A stretch of 64,000 nt of DNA from an uncultured Pelagibacteraceae bacterium. Its GTDB lineage: Bacteria > Pseudomonadota > Alphaproteobacteria > Pelagibacterales > AG-422-B15. The stretch is taken from positions 4,730-68,729 of the forward strand of contig CABZEU010000003.1 of the NCBI GenBank assembly GCA_902524795.1. The letters are read 5' to 3'. Shown in pieces: positions 50,833 to 60,249 of the stretch (position 1 is its first letter; each line of letters begins with the position of its first letter). The notes under the pieces were generated by a model. It did not search any database, had not been told where the DNA came from, and was given only the letters and a program-made list of their open reading frames with translations. A program made the position numbers and the translations under genes.

Positions 50833-51484
50833 AATAACCAGTCGATACTTTCTATTGATAGTTTTTTTTATATTTATTTCTTGTTCTAATAATACGGTAA
50901 GAGATTATACTTCACTTAAGCAAAAAGCACTAGAAATACCCCCTGACTTTGAGCTATCACCTCCAGTTGTAAATGATGACTCTGCAAGTGAAGAGCTGCC
51001 AAATGAAGAAGTGGTAGAAGATATTGAAGAAATATTAACAAGTGATAATAGTGCAACAACTAGTGAAAAGACTGAGAGTTCATCTTTAGAAGACTTCATT
51101 GATAGTAATTTTGTTAATGATGAAAAAGAAGAAGTATCAAATGAAGTAAACACAAATGACGATACTGAATCCCTGGATGGCTTGGTAAATGACGACTTAC
51201 CTGATCAGCCTACTGATGTCGAAAATACAAATGATACTGAAGAGATGATCCAAGATGATCAAGTCCAAAATAATGAGTCTCAAGAAACCAATTTTACTGA
51301 AGCAAAGTTGCTAGATGAGTTATCAAATGTAGATGATATAACATCGCTTCCAGAAGAAGAGCAGTTGAAGCCTGAGATTATTGAAGAAGAGGTTTATGAC
51401 GATCCTACAGTTTACGATGATGATCAAGATTTAAATGATCTATTGAACAGAGTGGATGATTTGCTCAACTCATATTCAAATTAA
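50822..51484 (+). CDS. Highly acidic putative lipoprotein (DUF3035-like N-terminus?)
   Basis: Signal peptide with a lipobox-like IFISC/S. N-terminal LEIPPDFELSPP, then ~170 aa of D/E/N/S-rich low-complexity sequence. Overlaps lspA by 11 nt. Confidence 0.55.
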   Translation: MKYKITSRYFLLIVFFIFISCSNNTVRDYTSLKQKALEIPPDFELSPPVVNDDSASEELPNEEVVEDIEEILTSDNSATTSEKTESSSLEDFIDSNFVNDEKEEVSNEVNTNDDTESLDGLVNDDLPDQPTDVENTNDTEEMIQDDQVQNNESQETNFTEAKLLDELSNVDDITSLPEEEQLKPEIIEEEVYDDPTVYDDDQDLNDLLNRVDDLLNSYSN

Positions 51485-51495
51485 ATATTCTATAA

Positions 51496-52491
51496 ATGTT
51501 TAAGTTTTTTAGAGATCCAAAATGGTTTTACTGGGCGTATATTGGTTCAGCAATTATTTTATCGTCATTATGGATTCAGGTACAAATTGACGTAAAAATT
51601 AATGAATGGTTCGGTGAATTTTATGACATGATACAAGAGGCGCTGTCAGCTCCTAACGTAATTACTATAGAAGAATATTGGGCAAGTCTTTTATCATTTA
51701 TAACGTTAGCTGGCATGTATGTGGCTGTTGCAGTTCTTGTAAGTTATTTTACTAATCATTTTTTATTTAGGTGGAGAACCGCAATGGTAGAATGGTATCA
51801 TTCTGTTTATGACAAAGCTCGCAAAATTGAAGGGGCCTCACAGAGAGTTCAAGAAGACACAATTAAATTCTCAAGAATCATGGAGTCTCTCGGAACAAGT
51901 TTGATTGAAGCATTAATGATACTGGTTGAATTTATGCCAATTTTATTTGGCCTTAGCATTGGAATTCCAATATTTTTCTTTGGTGAATGGGAATATGGTT
52001 TAGTTGTCGGGGCGTTGGTGTGGTCAATTGGCGGTACATTATTTTTAATTATTCTTGGTTTGATTTTAAGACTAGTGGGAATTGAATATGATCTTCAAAA
52101 ACAGGAAGCTGCATATAGAAAAATGTTAGTAATTGCTGAGGATGATGAGACTGTTAGGCCAAAAACTCTTGAGGAATTGTTTGATGATGTAAGGCAGATA
52201 CATTTTTTAAGTTATATAAGATACCTTTACTTTGACATTGGACGTGTTGCATTTTTACAGGCAAATGTTTTATCAGCATATGTATTTTTAGCACCCGCAA
52301 TTGTTGCAGGCGTTGTTACTCTTGGTGTTATGCAGCAGATAATTAGGGCATTTGGAAGAGTTGAGGGATCAATGCAGTATCTGCTAAAAGCATGGCCTAC
52401 TATAATTGAGCTCGCAAGTGTTTATAAGAGGCTAAGAGAGTTTGAAAGACAAATTGATGAAGTTTTAATTGAAGAGGAAACTCCAGTATAA
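51496..52491 (+). CDS. SbmA/BacA-like inner-membrane transporter
   Basis: VKINEWFGEFYDMIQEAL closely parallels E. coli SbmA VNAWYAPFYDLIQTAL. 331 aa, multi-TM. Confidence 0.75.
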   Translation: MFKFFRDPKWFYWAYIGSAIILSSLWIQVQIDVKINEWFGEFYDMIQEALSAPNVITIEEYWASLLSFITLAGMYVAVAVLVSYFTNHFLFRWRTAMVEWYHSVYDKARKIEGASQRVQEDTIKFSRIMESLGTSLIEALMILVEFMPILFGLSIGIPIFFFGEWEYGLVVGALVWSIGGTLFLIILGLILRLVGIEYDLQKQEAAYRKMLVIAEDDETVRPKTLEELFDDVRQIHFLSYIRYLYFDIGRVAFLQANVLSAYVFLAPAIVAGVVTLGVMQQIIRAFGRVEGSMQYLLKAWPTIIELASVYKRLREFERQIDEVLIEEETPV

Positions 52492-52493
52492 AA

Positions 52494-53516
52494 ATGAATT
52501 ATTCATTCTTAGATTTTGAGAAACTTGAAAAAAAATTCCTTTCATCTAGTGAAATCATTTCTCAAAAATTTGAAAATATTGTTGTTATTGGCTTTGGAGG
52601 ATCAACGCAAGGCTCAAAAGCTATTAATTCCTTTTTAAATGAAATACGAGTAATTTATATTGATCATTTACATTCTGATATTATTGATAAATTAGTCGTA
52701 ACTTTGAATTTAGAAAAAACAGGGTTCATTTTCATCTCTAAATCTGGCAAAACTTCTGAAACATTATCTATTTTTGAGTACTTGATAGACAAATGCAAAA
52801 ATAAAACAAATATCTCAAATCACTTTTTTTCTTTAACCGAAGATAAACAATCTCAACTTCACGACTTTTCTTTACAGCACTCAATGAAATCTATTGAGCA
52901 TGATCCAGATATAGGAGGAAGATTTTCTATATTCAGCAATACATCTCTTATCCCTGGTTTTTATTTTAATTCTGATTTGTGCAAAAATTTTCTTGAGGGC
53001 GGCAGAGAAGCTATGGAAGAAAAAGGTTTAGCTGAAGATTTGGCTGATCAGTTAAGTCAGTCTATGAAAAATAATAAAAATATCGCAGCATATCTTATTT
53101 ATGGGCATGAATTACTGGAAGTAGGTAATTGGAAAAAACAACTTTTTGCTGAATCGCTAGGCAAAAATGGAAAAGGATTTATGCCAGTTGTTTCTGAGAT
53201 GACAAAAGACCAGCATAGTATTCTTCAATTATTTCTAGACGGGCCAAGGAATGTATTCTTTGAAATTATGAGTATGGAGAGTGATAAAGTGAATTTAATA
53301 AATATGACACTTTCTAACCATATGAGTGCAATGAACGAGACACTTATAAAACAAGGCCTTAAACCCAGAATTTCAATATTTAAGGAGAATGATGTTAATA
53401 AGCTGGGTTTTTATTTTTGTATCGAAATATTAACAGTTATTTACTTGGCAAAGCTTCTTAATGTAGATCCTTTTGTTCAGGAAGCCGTTGAACTTCAAAA
53501 AAATAATTTAAGTTAG
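52494..53516 (+). CDS. pgi: Glucose-6-phosphate isomerase-like SIS-domain protein (short form)
   Basis: IGFGGSTQGSKA and the PGI signature DIGGRFSIFS, with SKSGKTSET. At 340 aa it is shorter than canonical PGI. Confidence 0.65.
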   Translation: MNYSFLDFEKLEKKFLSSSEIISQKFENIVVIGFGGSTQGSKAINSFLNEIRVIYIDHLHSDIIDKLVVTLNLEKTGFIFISKSGKTSETLSIFEYLIDKCKNKTNISNHFFSLTEDKQSQLHDFSLQHSMKSIEHDPDIGGRFSIFSNTSLIPGFYFNSDLCKNFLEGGREAMEEKGLAEDLADQLSQSMKNNKNIAAYLIYGHELLEVGNWKKQLFAESLGKNGKGFMPVVSEMTKDQHSILQLFLDGPRNVFFEIMSMESDKVNLINMTLSNHMSAMNETLIKQGLKPRISIFKENDVNKLGFYFCIEILTVIYLAKLLNVDPFVQEAVELQKNNLS

Positions 53517-54077
53517 TCTATAGAAAGAAAATTTTGATATACCCAACTCTTTAACTCTTTCTATTTTTAGCTCTGGGATTAATATATCTTTTGATTTTCT
53601 CTCCTCTTCAATAACCAGTATAGAGCCTTTGTTTATAAGTTTTTTCTTTAGGATATTTTTTATAGATCTGGCAACTAAGTTTTTATTATAGGGGGGATCT
53701 ATATACACCAAGTTAAATTTTGGCTTATCAGAAATAGATTCAAATGAGCATGCATTTTCGTTTTGAACAGATATTTGATCAGTCAAGCCTAATTTATTTG
53801 CACTCTTATAAATTAGATTAATTATTTGATCATTGTTTTCAACCATTGTGGCACTGTTGGCACCTCTTGATAAAGCTTCAAAACTAAATGAACCTGTTCC
53901 TGCAAATAAATCTAGAACATTTGATTTTTCAATTTGAAATCCAGTATTAATTATTTCTTTACCATGCGTAAGAATATTAAATATTGTTTCTCTATTTTTA
54001 TCAGATAATGGTCGAACATCTTTATCTTTATGACTAAAAATAGAATGTCCTTTTTTTGACCCGCTAATTATTCTCAT
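53508..54077 (-). CDS. rsmD: 16S rRNA (guanine966-N2)-methyltransferase
   Basis: MRIISGSKKG, DLFAGTGSFSFEALSRGA and the DPPY motif. 189 aa. Confidence 0.85.
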   Translation of the reverse strand: MRIISGSKKGHSIFSHKDKDVRPLSDKNRETIFNILTHGKEIINTGFQIEKSNVLDLFAGTGSFSFEALSRGANSATMVENNDQIINLIYKSANKLGLTDQISVQNENACSFESISDKPKFNLVYIDPPYNKNLVARSIKNILKKKLINKGSILVIEEERKSKDILIPELKIERVKELGISKFSFYRLT

Positions 54078-54765
54078 ATATTTTGACTTTTTTTAATTTA
54101 CTTCTCTCTAACGATCCTAATTTATAAGCTCCATAAGATATTCGGATGAGCCGAGTAACAGTTATATTTAATGATTCGAAGATATTTCTTATTTCTCTGT
54201 TCTTACCTTCGAGTAATGACATTTTAATCCAAGAGTAAGTCTTAGTCTTGCCAATGAGGCTTACTTTTATAGGCTTATACTTAATATGCTTTATTCTAAG
54301 TCCTTTTGATAATCTATCTATGAAATTTTTGTCAATAAATCCTTGTACTCTTACCTTGTACACTCTTTCAAAATTATTTTTGGGTAATTCCATTTTTCTT
54401 TTAAATTCTCCGTTATCTGTAAATAGTAATAAACCCTCAGTGTTATAATCTAATCTTCCAATTGATAATAAATTTTTTTGTTTAGGTCCTAAAAAATCAT
54501 AAACCGTTTTTCTATTTTTATCATCAGATTTGGTAACTAAGCATCCTCTAGGTTTATGAAAAATATAGAGTGAATTTAGTTCAGTAATTTTCTTAATTTT
54601 AATTATAGTTTCATCAATGCTAATTTTATTACTTGAAGAAACTTTTATTCCTTGTGTAGTCAGTAATTTCCCATCTACTTTAATACGACCTTCCATAATG
54701 AATTTTTCAATCTCTCTTCGAGAAAAATCAGTTGATCTTGCGAGAACTTTATTTATTCTTTCCAT
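54064..54765 (-). CDS. RsuA/RluB-family rRNA pseudouridine synthase
   Basis: S4 domain (RINKVLARSTDFSRREIEKFIMEGRIKVDG) and catalytic GRLDYNTEGLLLFTDNG. Confidence 0.85.
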   Translation of the reverse strand: MERINKVLARSTDFSRREIEKFIMEGRIKVDGKLLTTQGIKVSSSNKISIDETIIKIKKITELNSLYIFHKPRGCLVTKSDDKNRKTVYDFLGPKQKNLLSIGRLDYNTEGLLLFTDNGEFKRKMELPKNNFERVYKVRVQGFIDKNFIDRLSKGLRIKHIKYKPIKVSLIGKTKTYSWIKMSLLEGKNREIRNIFESLNITVTRLIRISYGAYKLGSLERSKLKKVKIYENN

Positions 54766-54814
54766 TATTATTGTTAAGTTTTTTGAGCAATATTTAAGTT
54801 ACAATTAAATATTT

Positions 54815-55267
54815 ATGACACAAAATACATTTATGGAACAGGCAATAATAAATGCTTACAAAGGACTAGATTTGGGAGAGGTACCAGTCGGTTGTGTGAT
54901 TGTAAATCAAGATAATAAGATAATCTCCCAATCATATAATAAAGTTATAGCGGATAACGATCCCACTGCTCATGCTGAGATTAATGCCATAAGGCAGGCA
55001 TGCGCAACCTTAAAATCTGAGCGATTAATCGACTGTAGTATTTATGTTACTTTAGAGCCTTGTATAATGTGTGCCGCCGCAATATCGAAATCTAAGTTAA
55101 AAAGACTATATTATGGAGCAGATGATATGAATTTTGGTTCTATCAACGGTGGATTTAATTTTTTTCAAACAAAAAATTGCAATCATGTGCCAGAGATTTA
55201 TGATAGTATTTCGAAAATTCAATGTGAGAATTTAATAAACGATTTTTTTAAAGGTAAAAGAACATGA
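54815..55267 (+). CDS. tadA: tRNA-specific adenosine deaminase
   Basis: HAEINAI and PCIMCAAAI zinc motifs. 150 aa. Confidence 0.9.
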   Translation: MTQNTFMEQAIINAYKGLDLGEVPVGCVIVNQDNKIISQSYNKVIADNDPTAHAEINAIRQACATLKSERLIDCSIYVTLEPCIMCAAAISKSKLKRLYYGADDMNFGSINGGFNFFQTKNCNHVPEIYDSISKIQCENLINDFFKGKRT

Positions 55268-56469
55268 CAATTTCAGCTAAGGCACAGCAAACAACAGATC
55301 GACTAAACACATTTATGGAAAAAAACGTGTATCCAAATAATGATACATACCATAAGCAAATTGAAGACTTCGGAAATGATCGTTGGCAGGTTGTCCCGAT
55401 AGTTGAAGATTTAAAAAAAGAAGCTAAAAAAGAGGATCTCTGGAATTTGTTTTTACCAGACAGCGATTTAGGACATGGACTTTCAAATGCTGAATATGCT
55501 CCCATGTGTGAAATAATGGGAAGAGCTATGTGGTCTGCAGAAGTATTTAACTGCTCTGCGCCTGATACAGGTAACATGGAGGTTCTAGTCAGATACGGAA
55601 CTGATGAACAGAAAGATAAATATCTTAAACCTCTTCTTAATGGGGAAATTCGATCTGCATTTGCAATGACAGAACCAGCCGTTGCATCTTCAGATGCAAC
55701 CAATATTGAAAGTGAGATAAAAAAAGAGGGTAATCAATATGTCCTAAATGGGACAAAATGGTGGACGTCGGGAGCAATGGATCCAAGATGCCAGTTTTAC
55801 ATTTTTATGGGCAAAACTGATCCAGAGAATGAAAATATTCATAAACAACAGTCCATGATTTTAGTGGATAAGGATACACCAGGTATTAAAATTAAAAGAC
55901 ATTTGCCAGTTTTTGGATTTGACGATGCTCCACACGGGCATGCGGAGGTAGAGTTTAAGGACGTAAAGGTGCCACCTGAAAATATGTTGTTGGGAGAGGG
56001 TAGAGGATTTGAAATCGCTCAAGGCAGACTTGGTCCGGGACGAATTCATCATTGCATGAGAACAATTGGACTTGCAGAAGTTGCACTGGAGGCCATGTGC
56101 AAAAGATTGATGAGCCGTAAAGCTTTTGGAAAAGAGGTAGTTAGGCATTCTGTGTGGCAAGAGAGAATTGCTGATGCTCGAATTAATATAGAGATGACAA
56201 GACTTTTGACCCTAAAAGCAGCATCAATGATGGATGAGGTAGGCAATAAAGTTGCTAAAAATGAGATAGCTATGATTAAGGTTGCAGCACCTAATATGGC
56301 ACTTAAGATAATAGATGATGCGATTCAAGCTTTTGGAGGCGCAGGAGTCACTACTGATCCAAGATTAGCCCAAGCTTATGCCGGCATGAGAACGCTACGT
56401 TTAGCAGATGGGCCAGATGAAGTTCATAGACTCTCAATTGCTAGAAATGAATTAAAAAAATATCTCTAA
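55264..56469 (+). CDS. Acyl-CoA dehydrogenase, FadE2 / ACAD10-11 type
   Basis: 401 aa. N-terminus [16 protein letters not shown]...EDLWNLFLP, then [22 protein letters not shown] and GGAGVT. ATGA overlap with tadA. Confidence 0.88.
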   Translation: MTISAKAQQTTDRLNTFMEKNVYPNNDTYHKQIEDFGNDRWQVVPIVEDLKKEAKKEDLWNLFLPDSDLGHGLSNAEYAPMCEIMGRAMWSAEVFNCSAPDTGNMEVLVRYGTDEQKDKYLKPLLNGEIRSAFAMTEPAVASSDATNIESEIKKEGNQYVLNGTKWWTSGAMDPRCQFYIFMGKTDPENENIHKQQSMILVDKDTPGIKIKRHLPVFGFDDAPHGHAEVEFKDVKVPPENMLLGEGRGFEIAQGRLGPGRIHHCMRTIGLAEVALEAMCKRLMSRKAFGKEVVRHSVWQERIADARINIEMTRLLTLKAASMMDEVGNKVAKNEIAMIKVAAPNMALKIIDDAIQAFGGAGVTTDPRLAQAYAGMRTLRLADGPDEVHRLSIARNELKKYL

Positions 56470-56628
56470 CATTGATAAAAAAAAAGAAGACATTCCAAAA
56501 AGACAAGTATGGACGTTACATAAAGTCTAAAGAGTTTGATGTATACTGGGATGAATACCATGAGCTTGAGGATATCTCAATGAAAGAGTCAGTCAGACAA
56601 AAGATTGAAAGAACAAAAAAAATCGAAA

Positions 56629-57873
56629 CTAAAGAATAGTATCTAAAAAATCTATTAGTCGATTTACTTCCTCAACATTATTATAATGAACCATTGAAAC
56701 TCTAACCACACCATCATTTGGTTCAATTCCTAATCCCTCCAAACACCTCCATGCATAAAACTCACCATTGCGAATTCCAATTTGATTTTTACCTGCAGCT
56801 TTTGCAATTTCTAGTGAACTTTTGTCTTTCACAGTAAATGAGACAGTAGGCATTCGTTCACTTCTAAAGTGAGCAGATTTGCCAATTAATCTTACATTTT
56901 TTTTGAGCTTTAAAAATTCGATAAGTGTTTTAATTAGCGTTTCTTCGTGGTTATAAATTAGCTCAAAAACTTTTTTTCCTTTTTCATGAAGGTTCAATCC
57001 TTGTTCTGTAAAATGATGACTGTAAAGTGTTTCATAGTAGTCAGTGACTCCCGATAAGCATGCCAATTCCTCATGGTTTGGGCCGCCTGGGTTCATTGTG
57101 TATGGTATCTCTGATGCTAGAAATTCGTGATTCAAGTTTTTAGTTTGATCAAGAAGTTCTTTTTTTCCATATAAGAGGGCTAAATGTGGACCATAAGTTT
57201 TGTATAGACTGAATCCGTAGAAATCTATGTCTAATTCTTTTAGATCAATTATATCATGTGCCATGTACGCTACTCCATCACCAACTACTTTTATGTCATG
57301 ACTATGAGCTATTGAGATTATTTCTTTTAAGTTATTTATTGAAGCTACAACATTTGATGTGTGGCAGACACAAATAAATTTAGTTCTATTTGTTATTAAA
57401 TTTTTTAAATCTTCAACTTCAAGTTCAGCACTTTTTGGATTAAACTTCCATTCCTTAATATTAATTCCTTTTTCTGCAAGTTTCCTCCACGACCCAATAT
57501 TTGCTTCATGGTCTTGATTGGTTACAATTATTTCATCATCAGTTTTAAGCCAATCTTTGATTGCATTAGACAGCAAAAACATATTCATAGTCGTTGATGG
57601 ACCTATAATAAATTCATTTTTTGAAATATTTAATAGTTCTGCAATTTTCTCTAAGCTGTTATCCATTTCATTTCCTGCTTCAATTGATGGACCAAAGTCT
57701 CCATAAGGTTGAACTTTCTTAGTAATCATAAAATCATTAAGTTTTTCAATTACATGCTTAGGAACATATGTGCCCCCTGCATTCTCAAAGAATGCAAAAT
57801 GAGCAGTTTTTGGATTTTGAAAAACAGGAAATTGTTTTCTCACAAATTCTATATCTAGTATATTTCTACTCAA
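56629..57873 (-). CDS. Class V aminotransferase-fold PLP enzyme (cysteine desulfurase / SufS-CsdA-like)
   Basis: 414 aa. The call rests on overall length and general resemblance to class V aminotransferase-fold enzymes, with SLYKTYGPH as the putative PLP-Lys region. The specific function was not resolved. Confidence 0.7.
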   Translation of the reverse strand: MSRNILDIEFVRKQFPVFQNPKTAHFAFFENAGGTYVPKHVIEKLNDFMITKKVQPYGDFGPSIEAGNEMDNSLEKIAELLNISKNEFIIGPSTTMNMFLLSNAIKDWLKTDDEIIVTNQDHEANIGSWRKLAEKGINIKEWKFNPKSAELEVEDLKNLITNRTKFICVCHTSNVVASINNLKEIISIAHSHDIKVVGDGVAYMAHDIIDLKELDIDFYGFSLYKTYGPHLALLYGKKELLDQTKNLNHEFLASEIPYTMNPGGPNHEELACLSGVTDYYETLYSHHFTEQGLNLHEKGKKVFELIYNHEETLIKTLIEFLKLKKNVRLIGKSAHFRSERMPTVSFTVKDKSSLEIAKAAGKNQIGIRNGEFYAWRCLEGLGIEPNDGVVRVSMVHYNNVEEVNRLIDFLDTIL

Positions 57874-57874
57874 A

Positions 57875-58939
57875 TCATTTAATTCCTTCTACAATACTCC
57901 AACCGAGCTTACCTAATATTGGAACAAAAGCTTCATAATTTTTAGCTTCTGAGCTTGAAGCAGTTCCATCTCTTACGCGACCAACTATGCCTTGCGCTAT
58001 TCCTGCAAGTCTAAATATATTATATGCCATATAGAAATCCCAATTATCAATTTTTTCTCTTCCTGTTTTTTTGTAATAAAGTTCAGCATACTCACTTTCT
58101 GATGGAATATTAAGTGACTTAAGGTCCGATCCCATCATTCCTAATCCTTTTGCGCCCGCTGGTAATCTCCATGACATCATATGATAAGTAAAATCTGCTA
58201 TTGGGTTTCCTAAAGTAGACAATTCCCAGTCTAATATTGCTTTTACTTCATGAGTTATAGGGTCAAATATCATATTGTCCAATCTGAAATCCCCATGAAC
58301 GATCGAGGTCTCTTGATCAGAAGGTATATTTTTAGGTAACCATTCTATCAATTCATTAATCTCAGGTATCATTTGGGTTTCAGAATCTTTATACTGTTTT
58401 GTCCATCTATGAATTTGTCTGCCCATGTAGTTTTCGTGTTTACCATAATCAGCTAAATTAACTTTATTAAAATCAACGTTATGTAACTTTGCAATAGTAT
58501 CATTCATAGATAGGTAAATTTCCCTTCTTTGATTTGGATCGCATCCTGGTAAAAGAAGTTCCCAATAAATGTTACCAACAACATGATCCATAACAAAAAA
58601 AGGTGTACCAATTACTGTTTCATCATCACAATAACCAAATGTCTTGGGAACAGGAACATCAGTATCATTAAGAGCTGTCATTACCTTACATTCTCTATCC
58701 ACTGCATGAGCTGATTTAAGAAGTTTACCTGGTGGCTTTCTTCTAAGTACAAAATTATTAATATTTGTTTCAACTAGATAAGTCGGATTTGACTGTCCAC
58801 CCTTAAATTGTGTTATCTGACTTATTTGAACATTGTTACCAATTAGTTTTTTTAGATAATCATTTAAAGATTCTTTATTAATTTTGAGTTTATCATCAAC
58901 TTGCTTTGTGCCTGAAAAAATTTCATTTCTATCACTCAT
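57875..58939 (-). CDS. APH-type phosphotransferase (ACAD10/11 N-terminal kinase-domain homologue)
   Basis: QFKGGQSNPTYLV, VLRRKPPGKLLKSAHAVDRE, catalytic VHGDFRLDNMIF and ILDWELSTLGNP. ATGA overlap with purD. Confidence 0.85.
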   Translation of the reverse strand: MSDRNEIFSGTKQVDDKLKINKESLNDYLKKLIGNNVQISQITQFKGGQSNPTYLVETNINNFVLRRKPPGKLLKSAHAVDRECKVMTALNDTDVPVPKTFGYCDDETVIGTPFFVMDHVVGNIYWELLLPGCDPNQRREIYLSMNDTIAKLHNVDFNKVNLADYGKHENYMGRQIHRWTKQYKDSETQMIPEINELIEWLPKNIPSDQETSIVHGDFRLDNMIFDPITHEVKAILDWELSTLGNPIADFTYHMMSWRLPAGAKGLGMMGSDLKSLNIPSESEYAELYYKKTGREKIDNWDFYMAYNIFRLAGIAQGIVGRVRDGTASSSEAKNYEAFVPILGKLGWSIVEGIK

Positions 58940-60198
58940 GTTAAAGCTTTCTTCCCAATATCTTTTCTATAGTACCCCTCGGGCCAGTCTATCAAGTGAA
59001 TTGAATCATAAATTTTACTTAAAGCTTTACTAAGCGATGCATTTTTTGACGTTACAGAGAGGACTCTTCCACCAGTAGCAATAATTTTTTTATCTTTAAT
59101 AGCTGTTGCAGCGTGAAATACTTGAAAAGCGTCAGTATTTTCTAAATTATCTATTCCATTAATCACTGTTTCTTTCTCAAATGATCCTGGGTATCCATTC
59201 GATGCCATTACAACTGTTGCACAATGATCATCTTCCCACTTTAATTCATAATTTTGTAAATCCTTATCAATACAGCTCAGCATAAGTTGAACTATATCAC
59301 TTTTCATTCTTAACATTAAAACTTGGCATTCAGGATCTCCAAATCTAATATTATATTCAACAAGTTTTGCCTTCCCATTTTTAATCATCAGTCCTGCATA
59401 CAGAATACCTTGATATGGGTGACCTAACTCTCTCATGGCATTTAGTGTGGGACATATAATCTCATCATCAACTTGTTTTTTAATTTCGTCGGTAAAGATA
59501 GGAGCAGGTGAGTAGGCTCCCATCCCACCTGTGTTAGGGCCAGTATCATTTTCTCCTATGCGTTTATGGTCCTGCGCACTTTCAAGAGAAATAAACTCAG
59601 TACCATCAGTGCATACGAAGTAACTTGCTTCTTCACCTTCCATAAATTCTTCAATGACTGCGGTCATATTTGTTCCAAATTTATTTTCAAAAATCTCCTT
59701 TAGTGCTTTTTCAGCCATTTCAAAACTATCTGCGACAGTCACTCCTTTGCCAGCAGCTAATCCATTTGCTTTTACTACAATTGGCAAACTTTGTTTTTTT
59801 AGGTATTTAACTGCCTCCTCGTAGTTATCAAAAGTAGAATAGGCAGCTGTTGGAATGGAATAATTATTGCAAAGATCTTTCATAAAGCTCTTTGATCCTT
59901 CAAGTTGGGATGCGTATTTATTTGGACCAAATATTTTAATACCTTTTGATACAAAATAATCCACTATTCCTGCAACTAATGGAACCTCAGGTCCAACTAC
60001 AATTAAATCAATAGATTTTTCGACACAATATGAATGAATAGAGTTAAAATCATCAAGATCTAAATCTTTACATTCTGCTAGTAGACTTATTCCATAATTC
60101 CCAGGAACACAAAATAGTGATGTAGCCAAAGGACTTCTTGATATTGCATAGCATAGAGAATGCTCCCTAGCTCCATTTCCAAGTACAAGAATTTTCAT
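58936..60198 (-). CDS. purD: Phosphoribosylamine-glycine ligase
   Basis: MKILVLGNGAREH N-terminus, ATP-grasp core and GGRVL. 420 aa. Confidence 0.95.
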   Translation of the reverse strand: MKILVLGNGAREHSLCYAISRSPLATSLFCVPGNYGISLLAECKDLDLDDFNSIHSYCVEKSIDLIVVGPEVPLVAGIVDYFVSKGIKIFGPNKYASQLEGSKSFMKDLCNNYSIPTAAYSTFDNYEEAVKYLKKQSLPIVVKANGLAAGKGVTVADSFEMAEKALKEIFENKFGTNMTAVIEEFMEGEEASYFVCTDGTEFISLESAQDHKRIGENDTGPNTGGMGAYSPAPIFTDEIKKQVDDEIICPTLNAMRELGHPYQGILYAGLMIKNGKAKLVEYNIRFGDPECQVLMLRMKSDIVQLMLSCIDKDLQNYELKWEDDHCATVVMASNGYPGSFEKETVINGIDNLENTDAFQVFHAATAIKDKKIIATGGRVLSVTSKNASLSKALSKIYDSIHLIDWPEGYYRKDIGKKALT

Positions 60199-60249
60199 AA
60201 AGTAAAATTTAAATTAATTGATATATTAGCATATAAGGAATTAAATTAA

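Noticed and set aside
55248-55703. 151-aa - strand ORF (also 55861-56160 and 56049-56246)
   Set aside because: These are antisense to the well-supported acyl-CoA dehydrogenase and the tadA end, and have no motifs.
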